Shown piece by piece: positions 12,600 to 24,400 of a stretch of 64,000 nt of DNA. Where the stretch lies: contig CAUYUJ010000170.1 in assembly GCA_963575745.1 (NCBI GenBank), positions 372,001 through 436,000 of the forward strand, given 5' to 3'. A program made the translations under genes and the position numbers. Numbering within the stretch: the stretch's first letter is position 1; the number at the start of each line of letters is the position of its first letter. The notes beneath the pieces were generated by a model. That model worked only from the letters and a program-made list of their open reading frames with translations, did not search any database and was not told where the DNA came from. The stretch is from Prorocentrum cordatum. Its lineage: Eukaryota.

Positions 12600-15500
12600 T
12601 TGCCCCGGCAGCCCAACGCCGTACGCCTTGGCGGCTTTTGTAGGACCGGCCTCGCCCTAGTCGGGTGGCCCCTGCCAGGCCCGCTGCCGGTCTACCAGCG
12701 CGCGAGCTCCCATCCTGGCTGTCGCTTGTCGGCGTATTGCTCGTCACTTTTCGGGGCGGTCCTTTTCTCCCTGTTCCCCCACGAAGCTCCCCTCCAGGAG
12801 CTATCCTGGTGGCCCCACCTTTCCCATCGCGGCCTTGGGCGCCATCGGGCTCCAGAGCTGGATGCTCCCGACCAGGTGGTCCCCCTGTCGGTGTACGCTG
12901 TCGGGGCGGCTGCGCCGTCTCTGGTCCTGCTCCATGGGTGCTGCTGCGCAGCCCCGCTGCATGTGCTGGAGGGTTGGGTCTGCTCATGGTGGCTTGCCCT
13001 TTCGTGTGGGACAGGGGGGGGTGGGCGCTGTCCTGCTGTCGGACCAGGGGCACGGGTTGCCCTTGCTGTCTTGTCCCTTGGATGCGCTGGCCTTTGCGCC
13101 GCGATGTAGTAGGCTACGATATTTCTCAGCGACCTTCTGCCATTCCACACGGAGATGGTGGTGTCTCACCAACTTAAAGGCGTCGTAGCCCGCGGCCCCC
13201 CACGCCCGCAGGAATTCTTCGCGCCGCCCCCTTGTGTTCCTCCTGGGATCCGAGTGGACGTCGACCCACGGTAGACCCTGCAGGCTGCCTGCCCTGCGAA
13301 CCCATCCTATCCAGGCCCCGTTGAATGCGCCTCCGAGTGTCTTCTGTAATCTGGTGACTTTCTCTTGGGCTGGCTCGTCCCTCTGGATGTCGGCCTCGTC
13401 GATGGACCTCATGTACATGGGGGGCCCTCCTAGGGGGTCGTCTTGATGTGGAGGTGGGAGTGGATCAGCCTGTGGTCGCGGCCGTCTCACTGGGCTGCTG
13501 TCCTGCCGGGGGCTGGGCGCCGGGCGGGTCTCGTGCGCTGGGGCTGCGAGTTCCTGGATGGTCTCCTGACTGCAGTCTGGCCTGCTCCCTTTCCCTCCTA
13601 GTTTCCTTTCGTCAGCCCTTTTGTCACGGATTTCTTCCATGTCCTCTCGGAAGCGGGCCGTCGCGCAAGGCGCCCAAGTGGCAGCTTCCTCCTTGTCGGG
13701 GGGGACTGTCCACAGCACTGTCCGCTTGTGGGGGCCGTCTCTGCCGCTGGGGCCGCTGATTTCGGCTTCCTCGTCCTGCTGCGGGGGGCTGTCGACCATG
13801 GAGACCGCCCTTTCTGGATTGTCCCCATCCCAGTCTACCCCGAACGGATAAGAAGCGGTGCAGCGTTTCCAACGGCTGCCGCCAAGGGTCTCGCCCTCTT
13901 TGGCAGTCGAGCGCGGCCGAGAAGGTGCGCCAGTCCTCCTGGAACTTTCCATAGCTCCCAACCAGCTGCGCAATGGCGTTGGCTGCTGCAGCTCTATGGC
14001 CGTCCCAAGGGATGCGAGGGGGGTGCCCATTCTTGGGGATCTGGCCACCGTAGATGGAGTGGAGGAAGCGCAGCAGCTGGCTGCGCGGCCAGTCCGATAC
14101 CTCGCTGTCTTCACCCACTTTGTCTCCAACCCTTTCCCCACCGAGAGTTGACCAACGAATGTATACCTCGTGGTTCCATTCCAGCAGGAACTTCACAAGT
14201 TTGCGCACTGGCCCGTACGACTGCTCTCCTTCCAGGCGGAGGGTCGCGTGCGCGGGCAGCTGGGGAGCGCTGGGGGGGGCGAGCGCAGGCAGAGCGCACC
14301 CGAGCGTAGCATTGCCATTGAGGACCCTCACCGACCGCGCCCCGAGCTCGGGGGGGCTGCTCGCGGAGGAGCCCAGCTTTGCGGATGTGGTGGCAGGAGA
14401 CAGGTGTGCACACATGTCGTAAATGCCCCCCTCCTCAGCACCTTCGCTAGCCACCATGAGGACAGGGCTGGGGAGTAGATCACGTTGGAGTATGCGTCCA
14501 GCACCTCGTTGAGAGCGCTGGGTGCGACGTCCCAAATGTGCACCAAGCATCAACTGCAGGCCCAGCTGGCGTTCCATTGCCTTTTGGTCCACAGCGTTAG
14601 CATTGTTTCCCGTGCTGGGAGGCCTGTGCGGTCGCAGCACTCTGCGCCTTCTTCGGGGCGCCAAATGAAGCACCCCAGGGCGGGTGTGCCTGCCGACCAT
14701 TCGAGCCCTGGGGTGCGCGTGGGGCAAAAGTCACACGCTGCCGAGTAGCATTTGCTACGGTGCGCCTCCGCACCGAACCTGCCATCTGAAAGCCTTTGCG
14801 GTGGCAGAGCGGCGCGTGGACAGGTGGGGCGGTAGTGGCGCGCCGTACGAAGTAGGAGCTCCTTGAGGGAGACCTCGGCTGCAGCGTCCTTTGGCTTCTG
14901 CAACCCCAGTGGGAGCCCGTCCAGGGGTGGGAGGGTTCTTGCCCTCTTCTGCTCCCGGTTGTCCAGTAGCCTGCGCTTGTGCCCCTGCAGTAACCATTGC
15001 ATGGACTTCTTGCTGAAGCGCTCCTCGGGGTCCGGCTCAGGGAGAGAAATGCCCTTCTTTTCCAATGATGCTACCCAACAGCGTTCGCAGGGCCCTCTGC
15101 AGTTTTCCCCCTTCGTGCGCGCCTGCAGGCGGTTCTGAGCGAGTAGCTCGCGGGCGCAGTCGCCCTCCCAGGTGCCTGCGGAGACTTGGAGCCCCCCACT
15201 GTGGCATCCATCGCAGCGGTACGCGGCCTCCATCTGAGGCCTGCTGAAGCGCCCGTCGAAGCGCCCGTCGCGCACAACGGGGGGAATCAGCGCAGCACCT
15301 GGGGCGGGTGAGGCGGGGATGTCTTCGTCGAGGCGGCGGTTGGAGATGGCAGCCCCCCCGCCAATGCACTGCAGGTCCCCCATGATACGCGGGCGCCCCA
15401 GCCCGACCCCCGACCCTGCCAGCGCGGTGTGAAGAAGGCAGGTGGAACACTCTCCGTGGCGCAGCCGGTTCACGTCGGCTGGCTGCACAATGTCTTCTAG

Positions 15501-16472
15501 TACGCGTAGGGGAGCTTCCGACGTGAAGTCGCGCGCCTCCATCCCAGCCCAAGTCTTTGGACAGCCGTGCTCGTCAGCAATCTTGTGGTGGTGGGCGAAG
15601 GTTGCCAAGGTACCCTTGTGACGGATGACCTTGGCGAGCTTAGCGTGGAGGTTCTCGAGGTCCGCCAGCTGGCAACCCCACGTCGTGGCGAACTGCGCGC
15701 GAAGCTCTCTGTGCGCTTCCTGCCACGGGAGGCATAGGCCCATCATTGCCTCGAAGATGTCGCCAAAGACCTCGGGGTTTGGGAAAGGCCATAGCGTGGC
15801 CCGGGGCTCACGTAACTGCAGCATCATGACCACCAGAAGCTCTTTAAGTGCGTGTGGGGAGAGCGGCTGTCCGCCGGCACTGATAAGCGCGTCTGTGAGC
15901 TCTGCATCAATCCCCTCGTGCTTGAACAAGGCGCTCAGGTTCTCCATACCTGGGTGAAACCTGTGCCGACGGCACTTGCAGGTCGTAAAGCTCCACGCCG
16001 CTGGAAACTGATGGAGCGTGCCCTGGGGGGTGCAGTGACTTTTCTTCTTGGGGCCCCTGTGACTTTTCTTCTTGGGGGCCCTGTTTGAGCCCACCATGTG
16101 AGGTAGGGGTGGGAGCGACTCGTACGCGACCCCAAACTGCTTGTCGTTCCATGGCGTGCCAAGCCCGAGGAACCAGACGATGGCCGCCCACGTGAGGTTG
16201 TATACCCGGTTGCTCGCGTCGATCCCGACCTCCGGGTCAAAGCACTAGCCCAAATGGCTCCATGCCTTCCTGTCAAGACTGCCTGGCTGCCTGGGCGTGG
16301 CCCCCATTTGCCCTTGGTGGGGGTGTAGTCCAGAGATGGTGTACAGCAGGATGCCCATGAGTGGGTCGTCGACTAGCGCCTGGATGCTGTCCGAGAGGGC
16401 GGCCCCGAGCTTTTCCCACGAGAACTGCTCATCCAATGGTGCTGCGATGCGGTATGTGGATGAGCTCTCCAA
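12600..16472 (-). pseudogene. Decayed C-terminal continuation of the helicase reading frame: possible RNase III-like region, Cys-rich motifs, W/G-rich tail
   Basis: ORF 16245-16472 and ORF 14550-16097 are in the same frame, split by one TAG. Motifs SNRVYNLTWAAIVWFLGLG and VFGDIFEAMMG resemble RNase III SN..LA...LGL and D.FEA..G. Cys pairs CSTC, CDGC, CERC, CDFC follow. Frameshifted protein-like segments continue to ~12.6 kb. Confidence 0.45.
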
Positions 16473-16510
16473 TTTGGCCTTGGCCTTCCTGATGGCGTCG
16501 CCCAGGCCTT

Positions 16511-17927
16511 TTACACTGACGTCCCCGTCATGTGTGGGAGCAGCTGGGATCCACGACTCCAGGTTCTTGATGGGGTGAATCCCTCGTCACAGCGTAGGGA
16601 GGTCCGGTTGCCCAGGCTGTCCTCTTGGAAGCGGATCCATAGCCCAGCCAACCTCCCATATTCCGAGAGCTCCCTGAGGTGCGATCTCGTGGCCGTGCTG
16701 AACATTCCATCCCCGATTATGACAACGTGTGACCTGGCACGCGTGATAGCGACATTGACCCTGTTGGGATTGTCCATGAAACCCCAGTCGTGGAAGTAGT
16801 TGGACCGCGTAGTCAGGTAGATCACGATGTCAGCCGCACCGCCCTGGCTGGAGTCGATGGTGGAGATGCTGCGCCTGCCGTTGGCCACGTGTTTCCCAGC
16901 TACCTGGCATATCCCTGGGAATTGTAGCCCGATCCCATTGGACTGGGAGCTCCATTGCTCAAAGTCCTGTTCGTGTCCTCGCTGGTCCCTGGGGTGGGGA
17001 GGGGGGTCGCCTGGCCCTTTGAACTCGCCTTTGCCATCACCTTTATCCCTGCTCCTAGCCTGCCCGAGGGAGCCGATGATGATGCGACCCGACTGGGGCC
17101 AGCCCCTCTCGAGCACCGCGCACTGAAGCTGGTAACCTACCACGACCAGGACTATGGTCCCTTCTTCCATGGCAGGCATGAGGGCCCTCACCACGTCCAC
17201 CGTTTTTGCGGCCTCTGGGATGTTCGCGTAGCCAGAATGAAGATTGGAGGTGACCACGACTGAGGGGTCTGTCGACCAGGAGAAACCGGTGCCTTTCTAC
17301 AGAGGGTTGCGGTGGGGGTTGAAGGTCCCGTAGTAACGTCTCCATGTCGTCTGTGGTGGTATTGGCCGACTCTGCTAGCGACCGGAGCCTCCCTTCGTCC
17401 CAGGGTCGTACCTGCTGCCACGGTATTCCTTCCACGATAGGCTTCTGCGCTAGAGCATTGGTGAGCCCAGTCCGAATAGCCTTGTTGTAGAAGGCCACGC
17501 TCGGCCACGAGAGGAGGAGAGGATGCATACGGTAGCAAAGGTTCAGCTGTACCACAGCTGGGCTGTCCCCGCCTAGTGCATTGTACAGCTTGTCAAATAT
17601 GGAGAGGCAAAGTCCCCTGTCAGCCGCCTTCCTGGAGAGAACCGTGGGGGGTAGCTGCCTGGGGTCGCCAACCAGTAGTAGGTGCCCACCTGACCGTATG
17701 ACATTGACGAGGGACATTGCCGCCATGAGTTCGTGGGCATGTCCCGCCTCGTCGATGATGAACAAAGCTGTTGGTACTAGCTTGAGCGACTCAGCCGCCT
17801 CGTGGGTAGCGATAACCAGCTTGGCGTCGCTTAGTAGCTCAGAGCGGAAGGACTGGAGCTCCTTGGATGGTCCGATCTGTTTGGGCGGGCGATCATGGGT
17901 CCTCTGAAAGTGTCCCATTGGGGTCAA
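16511..17927 (-). pseudogene. Upf1/DNA2-like superfamily 1 helicase (AAA_11/AAA_12-type), N-terminally truncated and frameshifted
   Basis: Motifs in canonical order: LVIAT, IIDEAG, LLLVGDPRQLPPTV, SIFDKL, QLNLCYRMHP..LSWPSVAFY, YAN..EA, ISTIDSSQG, GFMDNPNRVNVAITRAR..VVIIGD. No Walker A motif; frameshift near 17260. Confidence 0.9.
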
Positions 17928-18793
17928 GGACGCAATCTCCGGGGATACTTTTTTTTACAGCCGCAGGCGAAAGCGCCGACGGCGGGCGGTCACGGTCGGG
18001 CTGCGGCCGCGACCAGATTCCCGGGCGCGCGCGGGGGCCGCGGATCAGGCGGCGGGGGGGGGCAGCGACCCAGGGCGTCTGAGAAGCCAGGCGAGCGTGC
18101 AATCCAGGGAGTCTGCAAGGAACGCCCAGGAAACGTGCAAGTGGCAAACCCAGGGCTGTCTACCACCGAGAAATTAAAACGCCGCCAAAATGGCGCGTGG
18201 ACGCTCCCGTCGTGATCGTAACAAAACGACAGTTGGTAGGGAACGAAATCCAAGCAGGAAAGCCAATCCAGGGAGTCTGACGGGTATGAGCAGACAAAGC
18301 TGGAGACGCGGTCCTGCAGGAAGGTACTCTGACAGCGCCAGCGAACCGTCGCAGCATCAGAGGCACATCCGTGGAAGGAGCTGCAGCCCCGCGGGCAGGT
18401 AAAGATCTTCCACTGGGGTGCGCCTGAGCCCAGTGGCCCAACGGTCAGGACTGGACCCAGCAGGAGCGGCGGCCACTCGGTGGGGACAAGTCGCTCAGAG
18501 CGTGCCGTTCAATGTGGCTCGCGCCAAAGCCCACACGCCCAATCGTGGAGGCGCGCGAAGGACGAGCGCCGTATACCCAAAGAGCAATCTCCGGGGATAT
18601 GCGAAGCGTGAAGAATTAGTACTATGTGCCTCTGTTGGAGACGCACGCGACCGGCCAAAACATATAGCACGACACGTTGTAGTATATTGACTCCCGAGCG
18701 CTAGGGCCAGAAAGCGCCCGCCCCTCAGCTGACAGTGTCAGACTTGCGAGCGTGCGCATCGCCCTCGCGAGGCCAACGCACAGAATTTCAGCC

Positions 18794-18823
18794 TCAGTCG
18801 TTTGGGCGGTGACGACCGCTCTC
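18794..18823 (-). CDS. Putative terminal exon/remainder of the membrane-protein gene (ESGRHRPND-stop)
   Basis: Removing the TSD-flanked insertion joins ...VPDE (21010) in frame to GAG AGC GGT CGT CAC CGC CCA AAC GAC TGA. Confidence 0.65.
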   Translation of the reverse strand, partial: ESGRHRPND

Positions 18824-18831
18824 CTCGCCGG

Positions 18832-19357
18832 CGGGTGGCGCCCCGTCGCCCGCGGCAGCGCCGCCGTGGCGCAAAGGGGCGTCACGGGCTGAGGGGGAGG
18901 GGCGAGGGGGCAGAACGTGACGCCCCCCGGCGCCCCCCCCCCGCCGTGTGGCTCCGGCACCACAGACTGTGGTACCGGACGCACTGCGGCAGTGCCGTGG
19001 ATGCACTGGGGGGGCGGGGGGGCGCTGGTTGCGTTATGGAGAGGGGGAGGGAGGGGGAGGAGCGTTGCTATGAGGGTGGCGAGCGTCACGGTAATGGGGG
19101 GGCGTTACGTTAGGGGGTGGGGCCTAACGCGCGTTATGGCCAGGGGGGCGGAACACTTACTCAGACGGTAGGACCTCAAGAATATGTTTAACTTGCCTGG
19201 GGATGTCCTCCTGCCCCCTCCCTTCTCCCACCTACTCCTGCCTCCTCCTTCTCCTCCCGCCTGCTCCTCCTCCTCCTGCCTCCTCTTCCTCTTGCCTCCT
19301 CCATCACCTCCTTCTCCTCCTCCTCCTCCTCCTTCTCCTCCTCCTCCTCCTCCTCCT

Positions 19358-19388
<31 letters not shown>

Positions 19389-20629
19389 TCCTCCTCCTCC
19401 TCCTCCACCACCACCTCCTCTCCTCCTCCTCCCCCTCCCTCCTCCCCCTCCCCCTCCCCCTCCCCTCCCCCTCCCCCTCCCCCTCCCCCTCCCCCCCCCC
19501 TCCCCCTCCTCCTCCTCCTCCCCTCCTCCTCCTTCTCCTCCTCCTCCTCCGCCTCCTCCTCCTGCCTCCTCCTCCTCCTCCTCCCCTCGCCCTCATCCTC
19601 CTCTCCCTCACACTCCTCCGCCTCCTCCTCCTCATCCTCCTCGTCCTCCTCCTCGTCTCCATCTTCCTCCCCCCTCCCTCCTCCTTCTTCTCCTCCTCCT
19701 CCTCCTTCTCCTCCTGCCTCCTCCTGGCGCCGCCTGGGGACTCTTGCGGCCTCCTGGAGCCTTCTCGGCCTCCCGGGACCTGGTGGGGCCTCCTAGGGCA
19801 TTCCTCCTCCTCCTCCTACACCACCTCCTCGTCCTCCTCCTCCTCCTCCTCATCGTCATGTTTCCCCTCTGCCTCTCCTCCTCCTCCTCCTCCTCCTCCT
19901 CCTCCTCCTCCTCCTCCTCCTCCTCCTCCTCCTCCTCCTCCTCCTCCTCCTCCTCCTCCCGTGAGGTGCGGGAGGCCGATGACCCGCCTCGGATTCGAAC
20001 ATGAAGTGCGGGCCCTATAGAGAGGGGGCTCCCGCCGGAGACTTCCTCGCACTTCACTCACAGACGAGGCTCCCGCCTCATATTTCCTCCATATTCAGGC
20101 CTCGGGAGCCGAAAAATGACGACGGTTACAGGAGGCCGATGACCCGCCTCGAATTCGAACATGAAGTGCGGGCCCTATAGGGAGAGGGGGCTCCCGCCTG
20201 AGACTTCCTCGCAATCCACTCGCAGAAGAGGCTCCCGCCATATGCTTCCTCCGTATTCAGGCTTCCGGAGTCCAAAAGTGACGACGGTTACAGGAGGCCG
20301 ATGACCCGCCTCGAATTCGAACACGAAGTGCGGGCCCCATAGGGAGGGGGCTCCCGCCGGAGACTTCCTCGCAATTCACTCACAGACGAGCCTCCCGCCT
20401 GAGACTTCCTCCGATGATGAGGACGATGGTGATGGGTGGTGGTGATGATGGTGATGGTGACGATGGTGATGGTGACGATGGTGGCGGGTGATGGTGACGA
20501 TGGTGATTGGTGATAGTGATGGTGTTCACTCACAGACGAGGCTCCCGCCCGAGACCTCCTCAAGCTGAGTATGCGGTGTGTGAGTGAGTGTGTGCGATAA
20601 TGACGACGGTGACGGTGGTGATGTGATAA

Positions 20630-20701
<72 letters not shown>

Positions 20702-20954
20702 GTGATGATGCGTAGTAGTTGTGAATGAGTGAGTGAGCCACTCAAGATAAGTGAGTGAGTGTGAGTGAGTGAATGAGAGTGGTCGGGCTAATGCGACTGA
20801 GTGTGTAAGTGATGCGGTGCTGATGCTGTGATGATGATGTGAGTGGGAAAGTGTGCAAGCGAGAAGAAAGAGGGTGTTCCCTCCATCCTGCTCCTGCGCG
20901 GGGTGTCCAGAGAAAACAAGAACCCCATTGGGGATGTGGAAAAAAGCAAAAAAA

Positions 20955-21002
<48 letters not shown>
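18832..21002 (+). mobile_element. Non-autonomous composite retroelement with poly(A) tail and 15-bp TSD
   Basis: ~60-nt poly(A) at 20940-21002. TSD cgctctcctcg(c/t)cgg at 18817-18831 and 21003-21017. Body is a GC-rich head, (CCT)n, ~161-bp tandem repeats, (GAT)n/(GAGT)n and a 3' motif cgcggggtgtccagagaaaacaagaaccccattggggatgtgg. No coding capacity seen. Confidence 0.85.
19968..20560 (+). repeat. ~161-bp tandem repeat (about 3 units) inside the composite retroelement
   Basis: ggaggccgatgacccgcctcg at 19971, 20131 and 20293. Confidence 0.9.
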
Positions 21003-21003
<1 letters not shown>

Positions 21004-21009
21004 GCTCTC

Positions 21010-21837
21010 CTCGTCGGGCACGCCGTCGCCGGCGCGGGCCTGCTGCCCGGCGCGAGGCTTGCGGAGCAGCTGGCTGCGAAGCTGGCTCTTCACGCTGCCC
21101 ACGGCGCCGGCGACGTGGCTGCTCGCGGCCGCGGCGCCCGCAGACACGGCTCCACCCGCCACCGCCGCGCCCCTGCCGACCTGGGTCGCGACCGCGCCGC
21201 TCGCGCTAGCAACGGCCGAGCCGCTCGCGCTGGCCACAGCGTCGAAGGACGCCTGCGGTGGGGTCGGCGGCTTCTTCGTGGTCTTCGACTTGGCGGCCGC
21301 CTCACTCTCGCCACTGGCCTTCAGGCCGGCCATCCCTCTTGGGGCCGCCGCGTACTCGTCCGGGCTGTCGAGCGCTTTTAGCGCCTTCTTGTCTCCCGTG
21401 AGACGGTACCATTGCCTCAGGAGATCTGTCGTCGTTGTGATCTCGCCGTGGCACTTCACCTGTAACTTGTCATCCGCTGAGTCGAAGAGGGCAACGAGCA
21501 CGAAATCTGTGAAGGTGATTTTGGAAAGCTCTCTCACATAGATAAACTTTGCGATCATAGCGGCGATGCTGGTTGGATTCGCCATCGCCTTGTAGTCGAA
21601 GCTCTTTATCAGGCTCGACGCAGAACCCGCAGAGATCAAGAAAAATACAACGACGCTAGCACAGCACGCCACGCTCGCTACCAGGAGCAAGGTCTGGTGC
21701 AACTGTACGTTGTCCTTCTTCGCCATGAGCTTCTTCGCCTTCTCGCTCTCCGACATGTTGGCTCCATGCTGTATGTCCATGATCTTGCTGGCACAGAAGA
21801 GGACGACTCCGAAATTGACGACAGGGTTGGCAACTAC
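21010..21837 (-). CDS. Large 3' exon of a multi-pass membrane protein gene
   Basis: Acceptor tcgtctcgtcgctcag|GTA at 21838/21837. 276 open codons with hydrophobic helices (VVANPVVNFGVVLFC; TLLLVASVACCASVVVFFLISA; SIAAMIAKFIYV) and an Ala-rich tail. Confidence 0.75.
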
Positions 21838-21995
21838 CTGAGCGACGAGACGAAGCGGGCCCTGCGCGAGCAGGGACAGCGACCCCGCGCCACGGCTGAC
21901 GCGGGCAACGGGGCGCGGCACGTCGCGTGGAGAAGGGGGCCTCCACGCGCGACCTGGCGCGGGAAGCCTGCGCACCAGTGTTGGCGCAGCCGACG

Positions 21996-22095
21996 NNNNN
22001 NNNNNNNNNNNNNNNNNNNNNNNNNNNNNNNNNNNNNNNNNNNNNNNNNNNNNNNNNNNNNNNNNNNNNNNNNNNNNNNNNNNNNNNNNNNNNNN
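21996..22095. other. Assembly gap (100 N)
   Basis: Run of N. May hide further exons and makes contiguity across it uncertain. Confidence 1.
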
Positions 22096-23974
22096 CCGCC
22101 AGGCCAGCTCCAGCTCCGGCCTGGGCACGGCTGCGGCCAGCAGGAAGGAAGACGGGTCCTGAAGGAAGCAGCGGCCCCTGGCAACTCTCCGCCGATCGGT
22201 GGCGCATGTCGCGCTGTGCATTGTGACCTAAGGCCGAGCATCCGGATTCGACAGGAGGAGGAGGAGGAGTGAGTGAGTGAGGCAACCCAGAAGCGGACGA
22301 GTCAATGCCCCCGCCGCCCAAGGCCAACCGCGAGGACCATCACGGCCGGGGTCGGCGCGAGCTCGCATAGGAGGCTTACCGCGGCGAAGCGCACAAAAGG
22401 CGACGCGCGCCACTAAAGGCAGCAGCGCCGCGAAGCGCGGCAGACGCGCGGAAAAGGCGAGAGACGTACCCGACACGCGCGCCAGGGGACAGCGGGCAAC
22501 GACGCAAAACCGCTCGACAAGCGCGTAGGCGAAAGACGGGCCGCGCGCGCCACGCACGCCAGGAGGCAGCAGCTAAGCCGGCAAACCACTCCACAAGCCC
22601 GTTCTGACATTTCGAGGCCTCACATAACGACACGCCGCGCGTGCCGTTCCGATCAGCCACCCGAGGGGCACCACTCCCTCGGGGACAGCCCGCCCCCACG
22701 CACGCCACGGCGGGGGACTGTGAACGTGGGAAGAATGGACGGGGATCCTCCGATGAGCCCCTCCCGCATAGGGGACCCGCGACACCACCAATGCCCCAGC
22801 GGAGCACTGGGAGGGTCATCCAAGGGTGTCGCAGCAAAACGTGGCAGACCCACAACCCAGGCACGGAACACGGAAGGAAAAGCCGCGCACTGAAGCCCTG
22901 GACTGCCCCCGCCCGCCTCAAGGACGAGCCGGGCACAGCCCCGAAACCCCAGGCGCGACCCTTCCCCCGTGGCGCAGGCTTGGACGGCCTACGACTACAT
23001 GTTCTCTCTCCCCCAAGGTCCCGAAGGAGCACCTGGGGTGACGAACGGGAGGCTACCCGCCTGTTTTCCTGGGGAGGGATCCCAGTGGCACAGGTGCCAG
23101 GAGGAGGAGGAGGAGAAGGAGGAGGAGGAGGAGGAGGAGGAGGAGAAGGAGGAGGAGGAGGGGGGTCGACCAAGGGCCGCGCGTCAGGAGCCCTCGCGGC
23201 AGATCGGGGCTGAGTCCCCGAAGCCAACCACCGTGGGGCCAGAGAACGTCGGCCCCCCCGACCTCCCCTCTGGGGGTGCGCTCTGACCATAGCTTGAGGT
23301 CGGGAATGTCCCCTGCAGGCAGATGTTGAAGGAAACATCACAAGAAGTACCCCAAAAAATGCTCCAACATAGTCGAAACATAATCAAAACATGTTATTTG
23401 TTGACTATTTTGGATATTCCTCCTGTAGAGGGACACGCCCAATTCAACCATAGTTTCGAAGCGAAACCGGCCGTGGCGACGAGAAGCCCCCCCCCGCGGC
23501 CCGAAAGGGTTAAAACGACGCAAGTGTACTGGTGTCGGTGCCTCGCCCCTCTGTGATTCATCCGCGGCCCAGATGTCCCAGCCCCCTCTCCTGGGGCAGT
23601 TTCTGCGGCACGCCTTCCCTGTTCGCACCGGTGGTCCGGGCGGCGGTGCAAACCGCAGTCTTGAGGGCCTTGCTCGTCTTGCTCGACTCCTTCGGGGGCT
23701 CCCCGGCGGGGTCTTCCTCGGCGGGGTCTTCCTCGGCCTTGCTCCGCTTCTCCGGGCGCTCCCCGGCGGATTGTTCCTTCTTAGGAGAATAAAAATCAGC
23801 ATAAAAACGGACGACCCAAACCCAAGACTCCCCCCCCCCCTCGCGTCGTATAAAAACACGACTGGCGGGTGTTTGCTGTTTTCAGACGGCAAAAGCCTCG
23901 CTGGGCCCCGAGACTGTCAACAAAAACGACTCGAGATAAAAAGCTCGTTCCGGGGAGTAAGCAGGAGAGCCCAG

Positions 23975-24400
23975 AATCGAATCGATAAGTCGGATCGGCG
24001 ATCGAAATGAATCGGATCGGCGGAAATCGGCAGCCGAGTCGGGAAAAGTCGAATCGGCAGACATCGGCAGGCTAGTAGGCCTCCAATAAGAAATCGGAGC
24101 CCAAGTCGGAATCTCAAGTCGAATCGAATCGGAATCGGAAGCCATCGAAATCGAATCGAATCGAATCGAATCGGAGGAATCGAAACGAGCCCTGAGTAAG
24201 ACGATAGCTCCAGGGGTCCACGCTGTGAAAAAAACTATGATTTGGCGGCTTGTCTGTTGCATCTTCGGGGGTCCTTTGTCCCGTCGCGGCCCTATCCGCG
24301 TCGAATCTGTGTCGAATCTGTGTCGGGCTCGTCGGGTCCGCTGCGAATCCGTGCCGAATCCGCGTCGAATCCACGCCAAATCCGCGTCGAGTCCGTATCG
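23975..24400 (+). repeat. Degenerate (GAATC)n and 11-bp cgaatccgcgt repeats
   Basis: Direct inspection. Confidence 0.8.

Noticed and set aside
16511..17927. Functional UPF1/NAM7 host gene
   Set aside because: No Walker A or N-terminal CH domain, frameshifted and divergent. Only family-level similarity is supportable, so no gene symbol is given.
23320..23430. AT-rich segment with an AG|G site as another exon of the membrane gene
   Set aside because: All three minus-strand frames hit stops before a convincing donor.
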